From Eledone cirrhosa (lineage: Eukaryota), in NCBI GenBank assembly GCA_964016885.1, contig OZ024742.1, positions 98,828,001 through 98,892,000 of the forward strand: a stretch of 64,000 bases of DNA. Reading direction: 5' to 3'. A program made the position numbers and the translations under genes. Position 1 is the stretch's first letter. Each line of letters opens with the position of its first letter. Positions 24,441 to 39,195 of the stretch are shown here, in pieces. A model generated the notes under the pieces. That model ran no database searches. It was not told where the DNA came from and was given only the letters and a program-made list of their open reading frames with translations.

Positions 24441-27194
24441 CGTGTGTGTTGGATGATGAAACATACATCTTTATTCTGTTGCATTTCTGAAGATTGTTTA
24501 CATATTAACTTTGCTTCTGTACAAACCAATATCTACAAATTTATATATCCGTTTTCCGTATGTTTCATCGACTAAACGATTACTGAAGCAATTCATCGGA
24601 TGATTAGACACATAACAGTACTAGAACATCCATTATATACCAATTTCAAGAATATAACCAAAACAACCCAAAACATTTTTGGAGGTAGGATTTTGATTGT
24701 ATAACACTATAACAATTACACGTACATCTACCACAATTATATACATTGATTTCATACACTATGTAATAAAGTTTGTCACCGTGTTATTAAAACACGTACA
24801 ATTGTTTTGTAAAGCGGAGATCATGCTCAGAGAGTCATAATTTGTGTCTATGTTTTTGATGGTTTCCTTTGAGAGAATTGCCGCTTTAATGACTCAGTAT
24901 TAAAAGATTATAAATTGAGTGGAGGACACCTATATTACTCGAAATGCTACTAGAAATGGTATTAAAATTAATGTATTCAGTGCAATGTATATTACATTGT
25001 GATATGATACTGTCTTGAATAAATATATGTGATATGTCTCACCTGATTACTCAGTAATATAAACACTAGACAATTTAAACTTGATCACTTCAACGGTTAA
25101 CCTTGCTATAATAAATTCTTATTGTGAAGTAGCCAATTAAACGCTTGTTCACTGACAAAGTTTTACTGTGTTATATAATTCTATATAATTAATAATTTCT
25201 CTATAAAATAATGATTATATTTACACTAATTTGTATATTAATAATTCTGCATTTTTTTCAAGTTTCGTTGAAAATAATCAACTAAATATTTAACTAATTT
25301 TCTAAAAATGTAACATGATTTCTTACTATTTTTTATTCTGTTTATGTATGCTATGTTAATGATGGGTGATCCCGTGTCATAAGTATTTATGTTTAGAGCA
25401 GAAAGATGTAGAAAGTTTGGAATGGATGTTATACAGTTAAGAAAAATTCCCAAATGCACCCTATTGATCTTCATCGGTAACATATGTCTCCGTATAGGCT
25501 TCAAGTCTCTACACAGACAAAAGTAACTGGGGATGCAGAAAAAAATACTCATCACAACCAGATATTACAAAAACACCAGCAATAACAACAGTCAAAGAAA
25601 TAGCAAAATGATGTATATTTTCACTGAATGGAATAAGTCTTTTTGCACATGCACTTTCTCATCACCATAAATATCATCGCCCCCATTTTTGCTGTCATTA
25701 TCATTTTCGCGATCATCATCATGTTCATTATCATCATCAGCATCTCATAATCATTTTTAGGTTGTAGCTGAGTGACTTTTCAATTGCTATATTGACACTC
25801 TACCGTATCCAGCCTTAAACCACCTGTGAGATAATACACACGGATTAATCCCCATACATCCTTCTATTTACCCCCGACATTTTATTCCCCTTGGATACAA
25901 TATTTTATCACCCAATATGCATCATCTATTTGAATTCTTTTTCTGTGCTAATAAAAAGCGTGACTCATATATGCATAAGCAGTGAGGGACATACAAACGA
26001 AACCCAGACGACACCCTGTTTTCGTTTAAACAAGATGGGTACACTGGATAATATAGTTCTGGATATACTAATAGCTTGGTCATGGCTGGAATGCTTGATC
26101 ATATGCTTCTTCAATCGAAGCTAACCTCTTGATATCTCAGGTGGTAGATCGGAAAACGCTAACGTATAACTAACAATGATAAGATCATTAATAACGAGGC
26201 AGGTAGACCTGGTTGCTCGATCTGCCAGGAATATGAATAAAAATACCGTGTCTGAAAGAAAATTCGACTGGATGTACACAGCCAGAATCCCTGCAATAAA
26301 ATTTCTTTAGATCAGATCTGACCTAGAATTAAGCAACAACACTATTATATGATGATAATAGTCATTATTGTTCTTTCTATAAATATATTATGAATTGAAT
26401 ATCAAAGTCTCACTACAATGCAACTATTATATATATGTATGCGTGTGTGTGCGTGCCTGTGTGCGTCTCGTATTCTAATTTAGACACAAGACCAGTAGTT
26501 AAATGTCTATAATGATTAATGCACTGTTGGCCGATCTCCAAAAATATATTCGTCTCATCATTGACAAATTAATCTTGTAGAGCATACAGACAGAAATCAC
26601 AGGTATTATATTTTAAATGTAATAAAATGATTATATTTTAAAATCAAACAGTTTATGCAAATTCATCTGGCCAGCAGCTTAATGGATACTGAATAGTTCG
26701 TGCGGTAAACAGAAACACACTGGAATTTTGGCTTTTGAGATATATTTTAAAATGCAAGCAACGCATGGACACAGTTTTGCGGAAAGTTTGTATTGCAATC
26801 ATAATGACCTGAATTCCAACTTACAGCATTTTATTCTTCGGCAGGTAGCTTTTAATGGCGGGTTGATCCAAGATAGTGTATGAAATTGAGTTGTCGGAAA
26901 CCTTCCAGGTGGATGAGCTCTACCGATAAATTCAGTGGATAGGTGTTACGGGAAAGAGTGAGAGAGACAAAGTGAAATAAAGAAACGTAAAGGGAAAGAG
27001 AGTAGCATGAATGCCATTAGTTCCTACGTTTCTCACTTCTCAAAATGTTCCCCCGAATGTCATACTATAAAGAATGTTAATCGACGTGAAGTGTGTAATA
27101 TTTGTGTAATTTCATCACTTCAATAAGGGTTTGTATATTGATAAACTTATATGCGCATGCCTACACTCACACACACATTCAGAGAGAGGGAGCG

Positions 27195-27247
<53 letters not shown>

Positions 27248-27270
27248 CTCACAAAAACACACACACATAC

Positions 27271-27319
<49 letters not shown>

Positions 27320-27322
<3 letters not shown>

Positions 27323-27615
27323 ATAATAATAAATGTGAAGACCATAATCCAAAGAGTGCTCTATTAGGATAAATATATATCAAATATATAAAAAGCATAG
27401 AGTAAATATTTATTAAAATAACAGATTAAAGTTTAAGCAAAGAATCGTTGCTTTCAACCTTAACGGGTTCTTCAGAAGATCCCGTTAAGGGTGAAAGAAG
27501 TCATTCTTTGCTTAAACTTTAATCTGATATTCTAATATCCGAAGAATAAAACGGTGTAAGTTTGAATTCAGGTCATTATGATTGCAAAACAAACTTTCCG
27601 CAAAACTGTGTCCAT
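27320..27615. mobile_element. (TA)n-flanked fold-back element, same family as 35753-36834
   Basis: Its first ~150 bp match 35753-35910. It has a palindrome centred near 27472, and 27539-27615 is the inverse of 26765-26841. Confidence 0.7.
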
Positions 27616-27643
27616 ATATATATATGTATATATATATATATAC

Positions 27644-27687
<44 letters not shown>

Positions 27688-27788
27688 GTATATATATATA
27701 TATATATATATATATACGTATATATATATATATACGTATATATATATATATATATATATACGTATATATATATATATATATATATACG

Positions 27789-27969
<181 letters not shown>

Positions 27970-28486
27970 GAAATTTCGCTCTCTATGGCTGAATACAATA
28001 AATGTGATCTGAGTTATTCGAATATTGCAATTTTGCAAACAAGCCTCAATTTTATAGCCTTGTCAGGAGGGTGATACCCATAAATATTAGTGTCTGCAGT
28101 TCTGTTGGCATGCCAACATGAGAGCAAAAATGAAGTGTTCATTCTCCTGACATGGCTATAAAATTGAGGGTTGTTTGCAAAATTGCAAACGAATCGAATG
28201 TTATTATTAATATTTGAAAAACTCGGATTACATTTTTATATATATATATAAAGATTTTTCCAGTTTTAAACTAGTAAGGCCATTATTCAGCAGAGTACTC
28301 GATACATGGAATACTAGAGTCTGACTGGATAAAAAAAATTATAGCTGAAAAGTGTGAGGTAACTACGAGTAAAGGTACATATAATTATATGAATATAAAT
28401 ATTTTCTAATTCTTGTCTTTTTTATTGCCATACATGTTTCGTCCAAGTAGCAAATAAAGAAGTAAATATGATTTACAAGGATCGAT

Positions 28487-28558
<72 letters not shown>

Positions 28559-28720
28559 CGGCATGACATACGCATACATACACAGACAGACAGACACATA
28601 CATATATATGTATATATATATATATACACACATATATATATATATATTTTTTTTTTTCAAAAAACAAGATGGCGTAGGACAGAACAAAGGAGAGACAAAA
28701 AAACAAAGAAAAGAATCCCA

Positions 28721-28763
28721 GTCACTGATGAGGTCACAGAATGTTTGACGAAAGATCTTTGAC
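28721..28763 (+). ncRNA. Intact-looking minimal type I hammerhead in a solo Penelope pLTR-like relic
   Basis: gtca CTGATGA g gtca cagaatgtt tgac GAAA gatct t tgac, with palindromic stem III agatct. Downstream 28790-28915 resembles the 3' end of the Penelope element at 9413-9495. Confidence 0.8.
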
Positions 28764-28909
28764 AATATATAAACAATCATCTGGTTGTGGAACCAACCAA
28801 CCAACCGGAAATCTATAAATTCCTAAATTTATAAATTTATTACAATAAATTGAAGTGAAAGCAACTGGTGCGTGTGTTTCTTATTGGCAACATGACCCTC
28901 CCAAAGTAT

Positions 28910-28962
<53 letters not shown>

Positions 28963-29259
28963 CGTGTGTGTGTGTGTGTGTGTGAAACCTAAACGGAATG
29001 TAACACACTTAAACGAAACAGTACGATGTATTTTAGTTTAACGCTTGATATAGTAGGAAAAAAACACATATATTCTGTACTCGCATTCATGAAAGAGAAA
29101 TATGTATAGGCGCGTTTGCGTGTGTGTGTGTGTGTGTGTGGTGTGTATATATATATATAATAGAACACTGGAGGGTTATATCCTTAGTAGTAGTAGTCGA
29201 GCACTAAGTCCATGGACGAGTTTGGTAGAAATAGTTCAACAAAAGTTAGTTCGTCATAC

Positions 29260-29298
29260 CGAGAACAAACGTTTCACCTTATGCGGATCATCAGCTGG
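29260..29298 (-). ncRNA. Minimal hammerhead motif
   Basis: ccag CTGATGA tcc gcataa ggt GAAA cgtttg T T ctcg. The host family is also present at 3728-3800 and 17461-17550. Confidence 0.55.
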
Positions 29299-29375
29299 AA
29301 CTGATTTTCTGAATAAGGTGAAACATTTGTTCTCAGTTTGGTGAACTTACTGTTGTGGAACTATTTATATATATA

Positions 29376-30173
29376 CTAGCAGCTGAGCCCGCTTGTACCC
29401 GGGGCCACTTTTTATTAAGTTAATAATTTGAAAAATATTATTGAAAGTTTATTATAAAGAAGCAGTTTCAGGAAAAAAAATAGAAATATGAAATTGGGGC
29501 TGGACGGCGTACAATGAGAAGTGGGACGACGTGAAAAGCGTTGTTTATTAACAGCGAAATAGCAATGTCGATCATATGCAATTTGAAAAATACTACTTAC
29601 TGTTAGTGGTGGTTAACATGTATTAGAATTAAAATAAAAACACGCGTCCCTTCTTCGCAATTTAAGGGTTTTATTTCTTTTGATGGAAAACAGTGACCGT
29701 ACTGCAGAATCGGTACTGTATGATCGTTAAATGTCGAATGATGATAGTTTATTAACAGCGAAATAGCAATATCGATGATATGCAAGTATAAAAATGCATA
29801 TTATGAAGGTTTGTATGATAGTTTACACTTTTTCCTGAAACTGCTTCTTTATAATAAACTTTCAATAATATTTTTCAAATTATTGGTACTGTATGTTAAC
29901 AGCGAAAGAACGTTGGTGAGTTTAACAATTTGTATGAAATTGTAAATAAGACAAAAGTATTAGAACAGGGGGAAATAACTCACCGAACGCGATAGTTTTG
30001 GGGTCCCAGGGACCATACTTTTCAAGTTAGAGATTTGAAACCTCGTCTATTTGCTTCCCTGGACAGTTTTACATAGGTGTGTAAATTTTCATGTCAGTCC
30101 GATCACGTCTGCTACCATTTAACCGTGCACATCTGATTTTCAACCACCGCCCATTTCACAAATATATATTAGA
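29376..30173 (-). mobile_element. Non-autonomous Helitron
   Basis: The minus strand starts A|TCTAATATAT and ends with a short GC hairpin (cccg...cggg) then CTAG|T, consistent with insertion between A and T without a TSD. Confidence 0.7.
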
Positions 30174-30178
30174 TATAT

Positions 30179-30254
<76 letters not shown>

Positions 30255-31408
30255 TTAATGTTCCGGTGTATTTATATGACATAAATCTATATTTATAATA
30301 TCATGTAAATCTACAGATTTTTATATCACTGTACATGTGCATGGAGGAGTGTGTTCTTATATGTGACTATAGTGGCATTTGCGGGTGCTTGTAGCTCTGT
30401 CTTAATGTTTGTATTTAGTTGTATATGTCATTGGAAAATTGTAAATATATCAAATAATATTTGGTTAAGTTTTATTAGTTTTGCATGGCAATAGAAACGT
30501 CTAGGAGTCATTGTTCATTTCTCGTGGTTATTGTTGTCTCAGTTCTTTACACTCTTTGTCTTCTGGAACTATCTAGAAATTGTCTCTTTTATGGCATAAA
30601 TCTCAGATCACAAGCAGTCACTCAATCGACTTTATTGTCTTAATCACTTATGCTGCTCTATTGAAATAGTTCTCCTTCAATAATATTCTCGATAATTAGT
30701 ATACATACACACACACGATCGTACACACACCCACATAAACACCCACATACATAGATACATACATACATATTATATACATACATACATAAATATACATGTA
30801 TATATATATATATATTTAATTGTACACTAAACATCCGAAATTAAATGCATAGTTGCACAGTCCTTGATTAACCGTAATTGGGAGAATGTACGTATTTCAT
30901 TGAGACTGACAAATCATTTTCCATTGTTTGAAAAAATTAATTAGGGCCAGCAAATGTGAAATAATATAGTTTCAAGATACGCAATTACCTAGCCACTAAC
31001 AAACATCACAATCTAGTCGTAAATAATTAATACAGTCTAATAATTCATGCCAAATATTCCTCGCAAGAACAACTTTTAAAAATTCAGAGAATCTGAGAAT
31101 ATATTTGTACTGAGCCCTAAAACAAATAATTGATTCGAAATTACTGACTACAGATAATATGATCCCAGTTAATAAAAGCAACTTCTTTCTATGGAAACCA
31201 TGTTACTAATATCTTAATAATAAATATAACAAGCATCTTTAAAAGTTACACAACTTGACAATGTCAAATTTTACCTGACAATAACCAAGTCTCATCACAG
31301 AAATATACATTACAAACACTTAACTGAAAATAAAAGTCATACTTTTCGCTAGACAATCTGTCTGCTTCAATTTTAAATAATTATATAATTCACACTCACA
31401 CACACACA

Positions 31409-32711
<1,303 letters not shown>

Positions 32712-32808
32712 AACCAGTAAGACCCCGACAGCTGAGCTCAAGCCGTTTCGACGGCTAATTCTGGACTAATTCTGGTTAAACCAGTGTTCTGGTTTAACCG
32801 CTTTACTT

Positions 32809-32845
32809 CCCTCCGAAGAAGAGATATTATCTCGAAAATTAAGGA
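32809..32845 (+). ncRNA. Minimal hammerhead motif with U4C change
   Basis: cct CCGAAGA a gagat att atctc GAAA att a agg. Confidence 0.6.
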
Positions 32846-33003
32846 CATTTAAATAAATATAAGGTAAAAGACTAATTGTCAACAATATCTTTTGCATTTG
32901 CATTCTTTATTCTATGTCCATACCTGCATTGTTTTAGCTTTATTTTCCATATACAAACGTTTATACCTCATTACACAATGCTTCAAGTGAACTATAACCT
33001 CCT

Positions 33004-33050
<47 letters not shown>

Positions 33051-33397
33051 AGAAACGTAGAGGGTTCTGTGGCTACTGAAAACAAAGTGTAAGATAGTAA
33101 TATGGACGTAAGCAAGAGAAGAAACCCTTCATCAGCTGTTAACTCATAGATGTTCCGGCGCTTAAAACAGCCGAAACATCTATGATCGCAGTTAGAGCCA
33201 GACAGAGTGTAACATAATAATACAAGGACGAATGGTTATTCCTTCATTATGTTTATTGATATACTACCGCATAGATCCGACGAGCTTTTTATTCCAGAGT
33301 CGGGGTAGATCGATTCAGATCGAACCTTGAGTTGATCAGTTGTGAAACGCGTGTCACCAATCAGTAAAAGTAATGAAGCAATAACCATTCATCCTTG

Positions 33398-33530
<133 letters not shown>

Positions 33531-33723
33531 GAGAGAGAGATAGAGATGAATATATTGTGTATCGGAAAAATACATTGCCCTCCAACGCTGCAAGAACTGA
33601 TGATGGTCTTGCAACTGTCCTGCGAGGTATGGGATGAACGCACAAGAGTTACGTTCCCAAAACACCAAGTAAAACTTGAACATTTGGAAATTGAATGTTG
33701 TTACTCGTAATAGCAAGGATTAA

Positions 33724-33945
33724 CCCTTTAGCATTTACATAACTTTATATATACTATTGTATTTTTTGTGGTAAAGGTTTTATCTCACAGAATTATCTCA
33801 CATAATATCCAATCTAAGAGATTTTGAGGTTATTTATTTTGAGAACAATATCTTAACATGAATATTAGTGGCCAGTTACACCAGGTTTGAACAGAAAGTG
33901 ATGAGAGAAATCTGGCCGGATATGGTCGGTTTAAATGCTAATGTG
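33724..33945. mobile_element. piggyBac-type MITE
   Basis: TTAA at 33720-33723 and 33946-33949, with imperfect TIRs ccctttagcattta / taaatgctaatgtg. Confidence 0.7.
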
Positions 33946-34149
33946 TTAAGGACGGGCGGATGAGGTCAGAATATACAGGATAGATATAATTGGGGTTTGC
34001 TCAACAAATATTCGTGGCTATATTACAGTAAATTGGGATGGAGGATAGAAACTAGACTATTTAGGTTTGGGTCCATAAATAACTTGACAGACTTGAGTAG
34101 CGCTAGTCTCAAGAACTCCGCTGTCAGAATATTTTATGGACTCGGTCCC

Positions 34150-34620
34150 ATTGGGTGAGAAGTACAGAAAAGATGACCAAATATTCACACTGCAACATGT
34201 CTTTGAGAAATCGTTCTATTATATTTAAGAGGCTTATACTTGTATCGTAGACCTCAAAAAGGCATACAACAGTGTTCCACTGGACCTGTTTTGGAAGGTT
34301 CTGCAGGAGTATGGGATTGATAGTTAGCTTTTTGTTTCCCTGAAGTATATGTACGAATGCTCTAGTTTACGTGTTTGTATAAATGGTGTTAATTCGAAAC
34401 CATTCAATGTGGGTGTCTGACACCGCCAAGAGGTGGGTATATTGTCACCTATACTGTTTCTAAATGCCATTGAGAGGATGACACGTTGGAAGTGGCATCA
34501 AGGTTGTTGTTGATCAGTCGGCTAGAATGTGCGGACAATAAGCTACTTAACTCGTCAGAATATGATCTCCGACGTGTACTTCATATGTTTGCTGCTAAGT
34601 ATTGCCGGAAATGTATATCA
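34150..34620 (+). pseudogene. Decayed RTE-type reverse transcriptase fragment
   Basis: DQIFTLQHVFEKS...AYTCIVDLKKAYNSVPLDLFWKVLQEYGID...NSKPFNV...LSPILF. Confidence 0.75.
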
Positions 34621-34631
34621 GACAAGATCGA

Positions 34632-35330
34632 CAATATTTGTTTCTTAAAATAATCAAATTAGATTAATTCAACAGCTAAATACACAGGAATAAAAAGGTT
34701 CTTACCAAAGAGCCAAAATATTGACAAGTTGACCCTAAATATGACTAATATCTCTAGGAAAGTCATGAACGACATCACAGCTTTTTAACTTTCATTTTGA
34801 AAGTACGTTTATAATTATTAATTTTCATTATATTTTTATGGCTGTCTCGATGACCTGGTTAGGAGAATCATATACGGTAGTGATCATGGTCTCATGTTCG
34901 ATCCTGGTCGGGAGTAGGTTTCTCGGTAAACCGCTTCAGGTTTTTTCTTTCAATCGGATGTAAAATACAAACTGAAAAAAACATTACATGCACATCTAGA
35001 CCGTGATTGAACCCAGGGTCAGAGACTCTACTGTCTCTAGTACCTACCACTGGGCCACGTAGACAACTACGAAAATCTTTCGAAAATTCATAATTATAAA
35101 CATACTTTCAACATTTTCAAAACAAAGTGATGTGGTGTTGTTCATGCCTTTCTTAATGTTATTGCTCCTAGTTAAGTTCGACTTCTAAATCATTTGGGTG
35201 TTTCATAAAGTAAATACTCGTTTTGTTTCTCATCTATCTAGGGTGTAGTTTAACCTGTAATATATATTTAATTTCTGTTGTACCTCATTTCTCCGTCCCC
35301 TCTCTCTCTCTCTCTCTCTTTCTCTTTCTC

Positions 35331-35411
<81 letters not shown>

Positions 35412-35500
35412 CTCTCTATTACATTTGAATCTATGATTTCGGCTTACTTTATTCATATATATATATTTGTTTTTGCATGTCAGATTCAAGCTTACGATGA
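34632..35500. repeat. Copy 1 of an ~850-bp repeat with two convergent tRNA-like sequences inside a degenerate inverted repeat
   Basis: Homologous to 37245-38580 and 38600-39110. Confidence 0.7.
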
Positions 35501-35504
35501 TTGG

Positions 35505-35570
<66 letters not shown>

Positions 35571-35579
35571 TGGGAGGGA

Positions 35580-35621
35580 CCGTCCTGTCGAAAGCCAGCT
35601 AAGCCTGAAATGCATAGACGG
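35580..35621 (+). ncRNA. Minimal hammerhead motif with A6U core change
   Basis: ccgtc CTGTCGA aagc..gcct GAAA tgcat a gacgg; 5-bp stem I and palindromic stem III atgcat. Confidence 0.65.
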
Positions 35622-35722
35622 TTGGCCCCTTGCTTCTGCTGGACATCACCAGAGAGCGTTAGCCCCCCGGTGTTTACATAGCTACCGCTTCCTAAAACCG
35701 TATTTCTTTGGAGATACGAAAC

Positions 35723-35756
<34 letters not shown>

Positions 35757-35839
35757 ATAATAATAAATTTGAAGACTAAAATCCAAAGAGGGCTCGATAA
35801 GGATAAATATATATCAAATATATAAGAACCGTAGAGCAA

Positions 35840-36826
35840 ATATTTATTAAAATAACAGATTAAAGTTTAAGCAAAGAATCGCTGCTTTCACCCTTAACGG
35901 GATCTTCTGAAACTAACAAAGTCAATCTGTAAACGCAGAACTGGATATTTCAAAAAACGTTGCAACCAGAGTAAGACAGGAAGACGATACTTTGGTTCGT
36001 GGAAACGTTCGCTGGCAAAGAACGAGGAAAAACGAATATAATACGTCATTAATAGGAGCGGTGAAAAACAATTACGCGCAAAGACAGAACCACGTTTATG
36101 GTATAAAAGAGCTCGTAGACTAATGTTCTCTTAGCTGGTTCATAGAGACGTTCTCTGGCAATGAACGAAAAATACGAGGATAATACGTCATATGTGGACC
36201 GTGGAGAACAATAGCACGCAAAGACAAAACCACGTAAATGGTATAGCAGAAGTTGTAGACTAAAATTCTAACTAGGAGACCGAATGAATCTCCGCTACAG
36301 AGTTAAGAACAAAGTGTATGTATTTATTTATTTCTATTACTTCTGTATTGTATTTATTTACTTTTTTCTTAACTCTGTAGCGGAGATTCATTCGGTCTGC
36401 TAGTTAGAATTTTAGTCTACAACTTCTGCTATACCATTTACGTGGTTTTGTCTTTGCGTGCTATTGTTCTCCACGATCCACATATGACGTATTATCTTCG
36501 TTTTTTTCGTTCATTGCCAGAGAACGTCTCTATGAACCACCTAAGAGAACATTAGTCTACGAGCTCTTTTATACCAGAAACGTGGTTCTGTCTTTGCGCG
36601 TAATTGTTTTTCACCGCTCCTATTAATGACGTATTATATTCATTTTTTCCCGTTCTTTGCCAGCGAACGTTACCACGAACCAAAGTATCGTCTTCCTGTC
36701 TTCCTCCGGTGCAACGTTTTTTGAAATATCCAGTTCTGCGTTTACAGATTGACTTTGTTAGTTTCAGAAGATCCCGTTAAGGGTGAAAGCAGCGATTCTT
36801 TGCTTAAACTTTAATCTGTTATTTTA

Positions 36827-36834
<8 letters not shown>
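35840..36834. repeat. About 1-kb near-perfect inverted repeat (arms ~470 bp, spacer ~56 bp)
   Basis: 35840-36309 is the reverse complement of 36366-36834 with few mismatches; the island is flanked by (TA)n. Confidence 0.95.
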
Positions 36835-36879
<45 letters not shown>

Positions 36880-36946
36880 CAAGGTTTAGCAAATAAGAAA
36901 AAGTTTCCAAATATATTTAAAAAAATTCACTGTACTTACTATTGTT

Positions 36947-37033
36947 ACCTTTACCGAATCGGTTTCGAGTCTCAAAAATAAATCGACAGTCCTTGCGGCC
37001 TTCCATTGGAAAGATAAACTCTCGTCAGAAGGT
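36947..37033 (-). ncRNA. Intact-looking type I hammerhead with long loop II
   Basis: acctt CTGACGA gagt...actc GAAA ccga t tcgGT A aaggt; all three helices pair and the triplet is GUA. Confidence 0.75.
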
Positions 37034-37276
37034 TCTTTTCACTCGGAGAATATAAAATTCCCGAGTTCAAATTACGAACTGGCGCTATTCAAAATTGTTC
37101 CCGAGATGAGAATGAATGATGTGGAAGCAATTCTGTCAAGGGCCGTGTGTAAAGATAGAAGCAGAGGCAGGTAGGTTAGTCCACTACCACTATAAATAGT
37201 AGCAGTCAAAACGACCTAATTTTGTCACGATATATATATATATATATTATTTGTTTGTTAAAAACACATAGGATTA

Positions 37277-37456
37277 ATAATTGTTTCTACATTAGGCACA
37301 AGGCCAGCAAATATCCAGTTCATTACTGGTACTTTATTTTATCGACGCCGTAAGGATGAAAGGCAAAGTCAACCTCGGCGGGATTTGAACTCAGATCGTA
37401 AAGGGGCGTAACTATGCTGGAAAGCATGACGTCCGACCCTCTACCGATACTGCCAA
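37277..37456 (-). mobile_element. tRNA/Meta-like SINE inserted in repeat copy 2
   Basis: Near-identical to 20193-20384. Confidence 0.9.
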
Positions 37457-37528
37457 ATGTTCTCACCAAAGAGCCAGAAAATGACAAGTCGACCCTAAAT
37501 ATCACTAATAGTTCTAGGAAAGCCATGA

Positions 37529-37959
37529 TTGAAACCACATATGTTTGGGTCTGAGACTTGGACACTGACCAAAAGACTCACTCAGATGGTGGATGGGTGC
37601 TACACGATAATGCTGAGGATGGCTCTGAATATTAATCAGTATACACTGAGGATGAAAAACTCAGAGCTGTATGGGAGCATCCCAAAAGTCAGCTCAAAAG
37701 TGACACAGAGGAGACTGAGGTTGGCTGGACATGCTCACCGACATCCAGAGTTGACATTGCACTCAGTGCTCCTTTGGGAGCCCCTACATGGACACACTGG
37801 AAGAGGAAGACCAAGGTTAACATATGTTGATGCCCTAAGGACAGACACTGGTCTGTTAGAGATGCAGGATATGGCAGCGATAATGAGGGACAGAGACCGC
37901 TGGAGAGAACTCGTCCATGGATCTCGGGAATTTTACCCGCCTTAGATAGATAGATAGAT
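37529..37959 (+). mobile_element. 5'-truncated RTE-clade LINE with (TAGA)n tail
   Basis: FGSETWTLTK...RRLRLAGHAHRH...LLWEP..G..GRGRPRLTY...DRDRWR, stop codon, then agatagatagatag. Confidence 0.85.
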
Positions 37960-39138
37960 GTTTAACTTTCATTTTGAAAGTACGTTTATAATTATTAACG
38001 TTCATATTAATTTTTATATCTGGCTCGGTGGCCTGGTTAGGGGAATCATAAACGGCGGTGATCATGGTCTCATGTTGGATCCTGATCGGAAATAGGATTG
38101 CCATAAACATTTTCAGTTTTTTTCTATCGATGTAAAATAAAAACTGATAAAGTTTACATGCACCTCTTGACCAGGATTGAACACAAGGCCAGGATCCCCA
38201 CCGTTTCTAAAACCTACTGCTAGGCCACAGAGACAACTACGAAAATTCATACTTATAAACCTACTTTCAAAATGTTCAAAACAAAATGATGTGGTGTTGT
38301 TCATGTCTCTCTTAATGTTATTGCTCCTACATAAAATCGACTTCTAAATCAATTGGGTGTTTCATAAACTACAGCCTCGTTTTGTTTCTCAACTATCTAG
38401 ACAATATTTTAACCTGTAATCCATGTTTCATTTCTGTTGCACCTCATTCCACCCCCGTTCTCTCTCTTTCTTTCTTTCTCTCTTTGATATTTGAATCTAC
38501 TATGATTTCGGCTTACTTTATTCATATATATATATATATGTTTTTTGCCTGTCAGATTCAAACTTACAATGATGGGCAATATATACATATATGTACATAT
38601 ATTATTTGTTTATTAAAATATCAAATTAAATTAATTCAACAGTTAAGTTAAACACACATAGGAATAATAGGTTGTTACCAAAGTGCAAGAAAATTCAAAA
38701 GTCGACCCTACATATGGCTAATAACTCTACGAAAGCCATGAACGACACCACAGCATTTTAACTTTGATTTTGAAAGTAGGTTTATAATCATCAATTTTCC
38801 TTATACTTTCGTAGCTGTCTCGGCGGTTTTGTTGGAGGAATCATAAACGGTGGTGATCCTGGTATGAACTTCGATGGTGGTCGAGAGTGGGGTTCCCGGG
38901 AAACCTTTTCATTTTTTTTTCTATGTGATGTAAAAGAGATACTGAAAATGATTACATGTACCTCTCGACCAGGATTGAACCAAAAGCAAGAAGGATCTCC
39001 ACCGTGTCTGGTACCTACCTCTAGGCCACAAAAACAACTACCAAAATCTTACGAACATTCATACGTATGAACCTACTTTCAAAATGTTCAAACCAAAATG
39101 ATGTGGTGACGTATGATGTATATGTATGTGTGTATGTG

Positions 39139-39195
<57 letters not shown>

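Larger units (their letters stand above)
37245..39110. repeat. Copies 2 and 3 (tandem) of the convergent tRNA-like repeat
   Basis: Colinear similarity to 34632-35500. Copy 2 carries SINE and RTE insertions; copy 3 is 3'-truncated. Confidence 0.7.
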
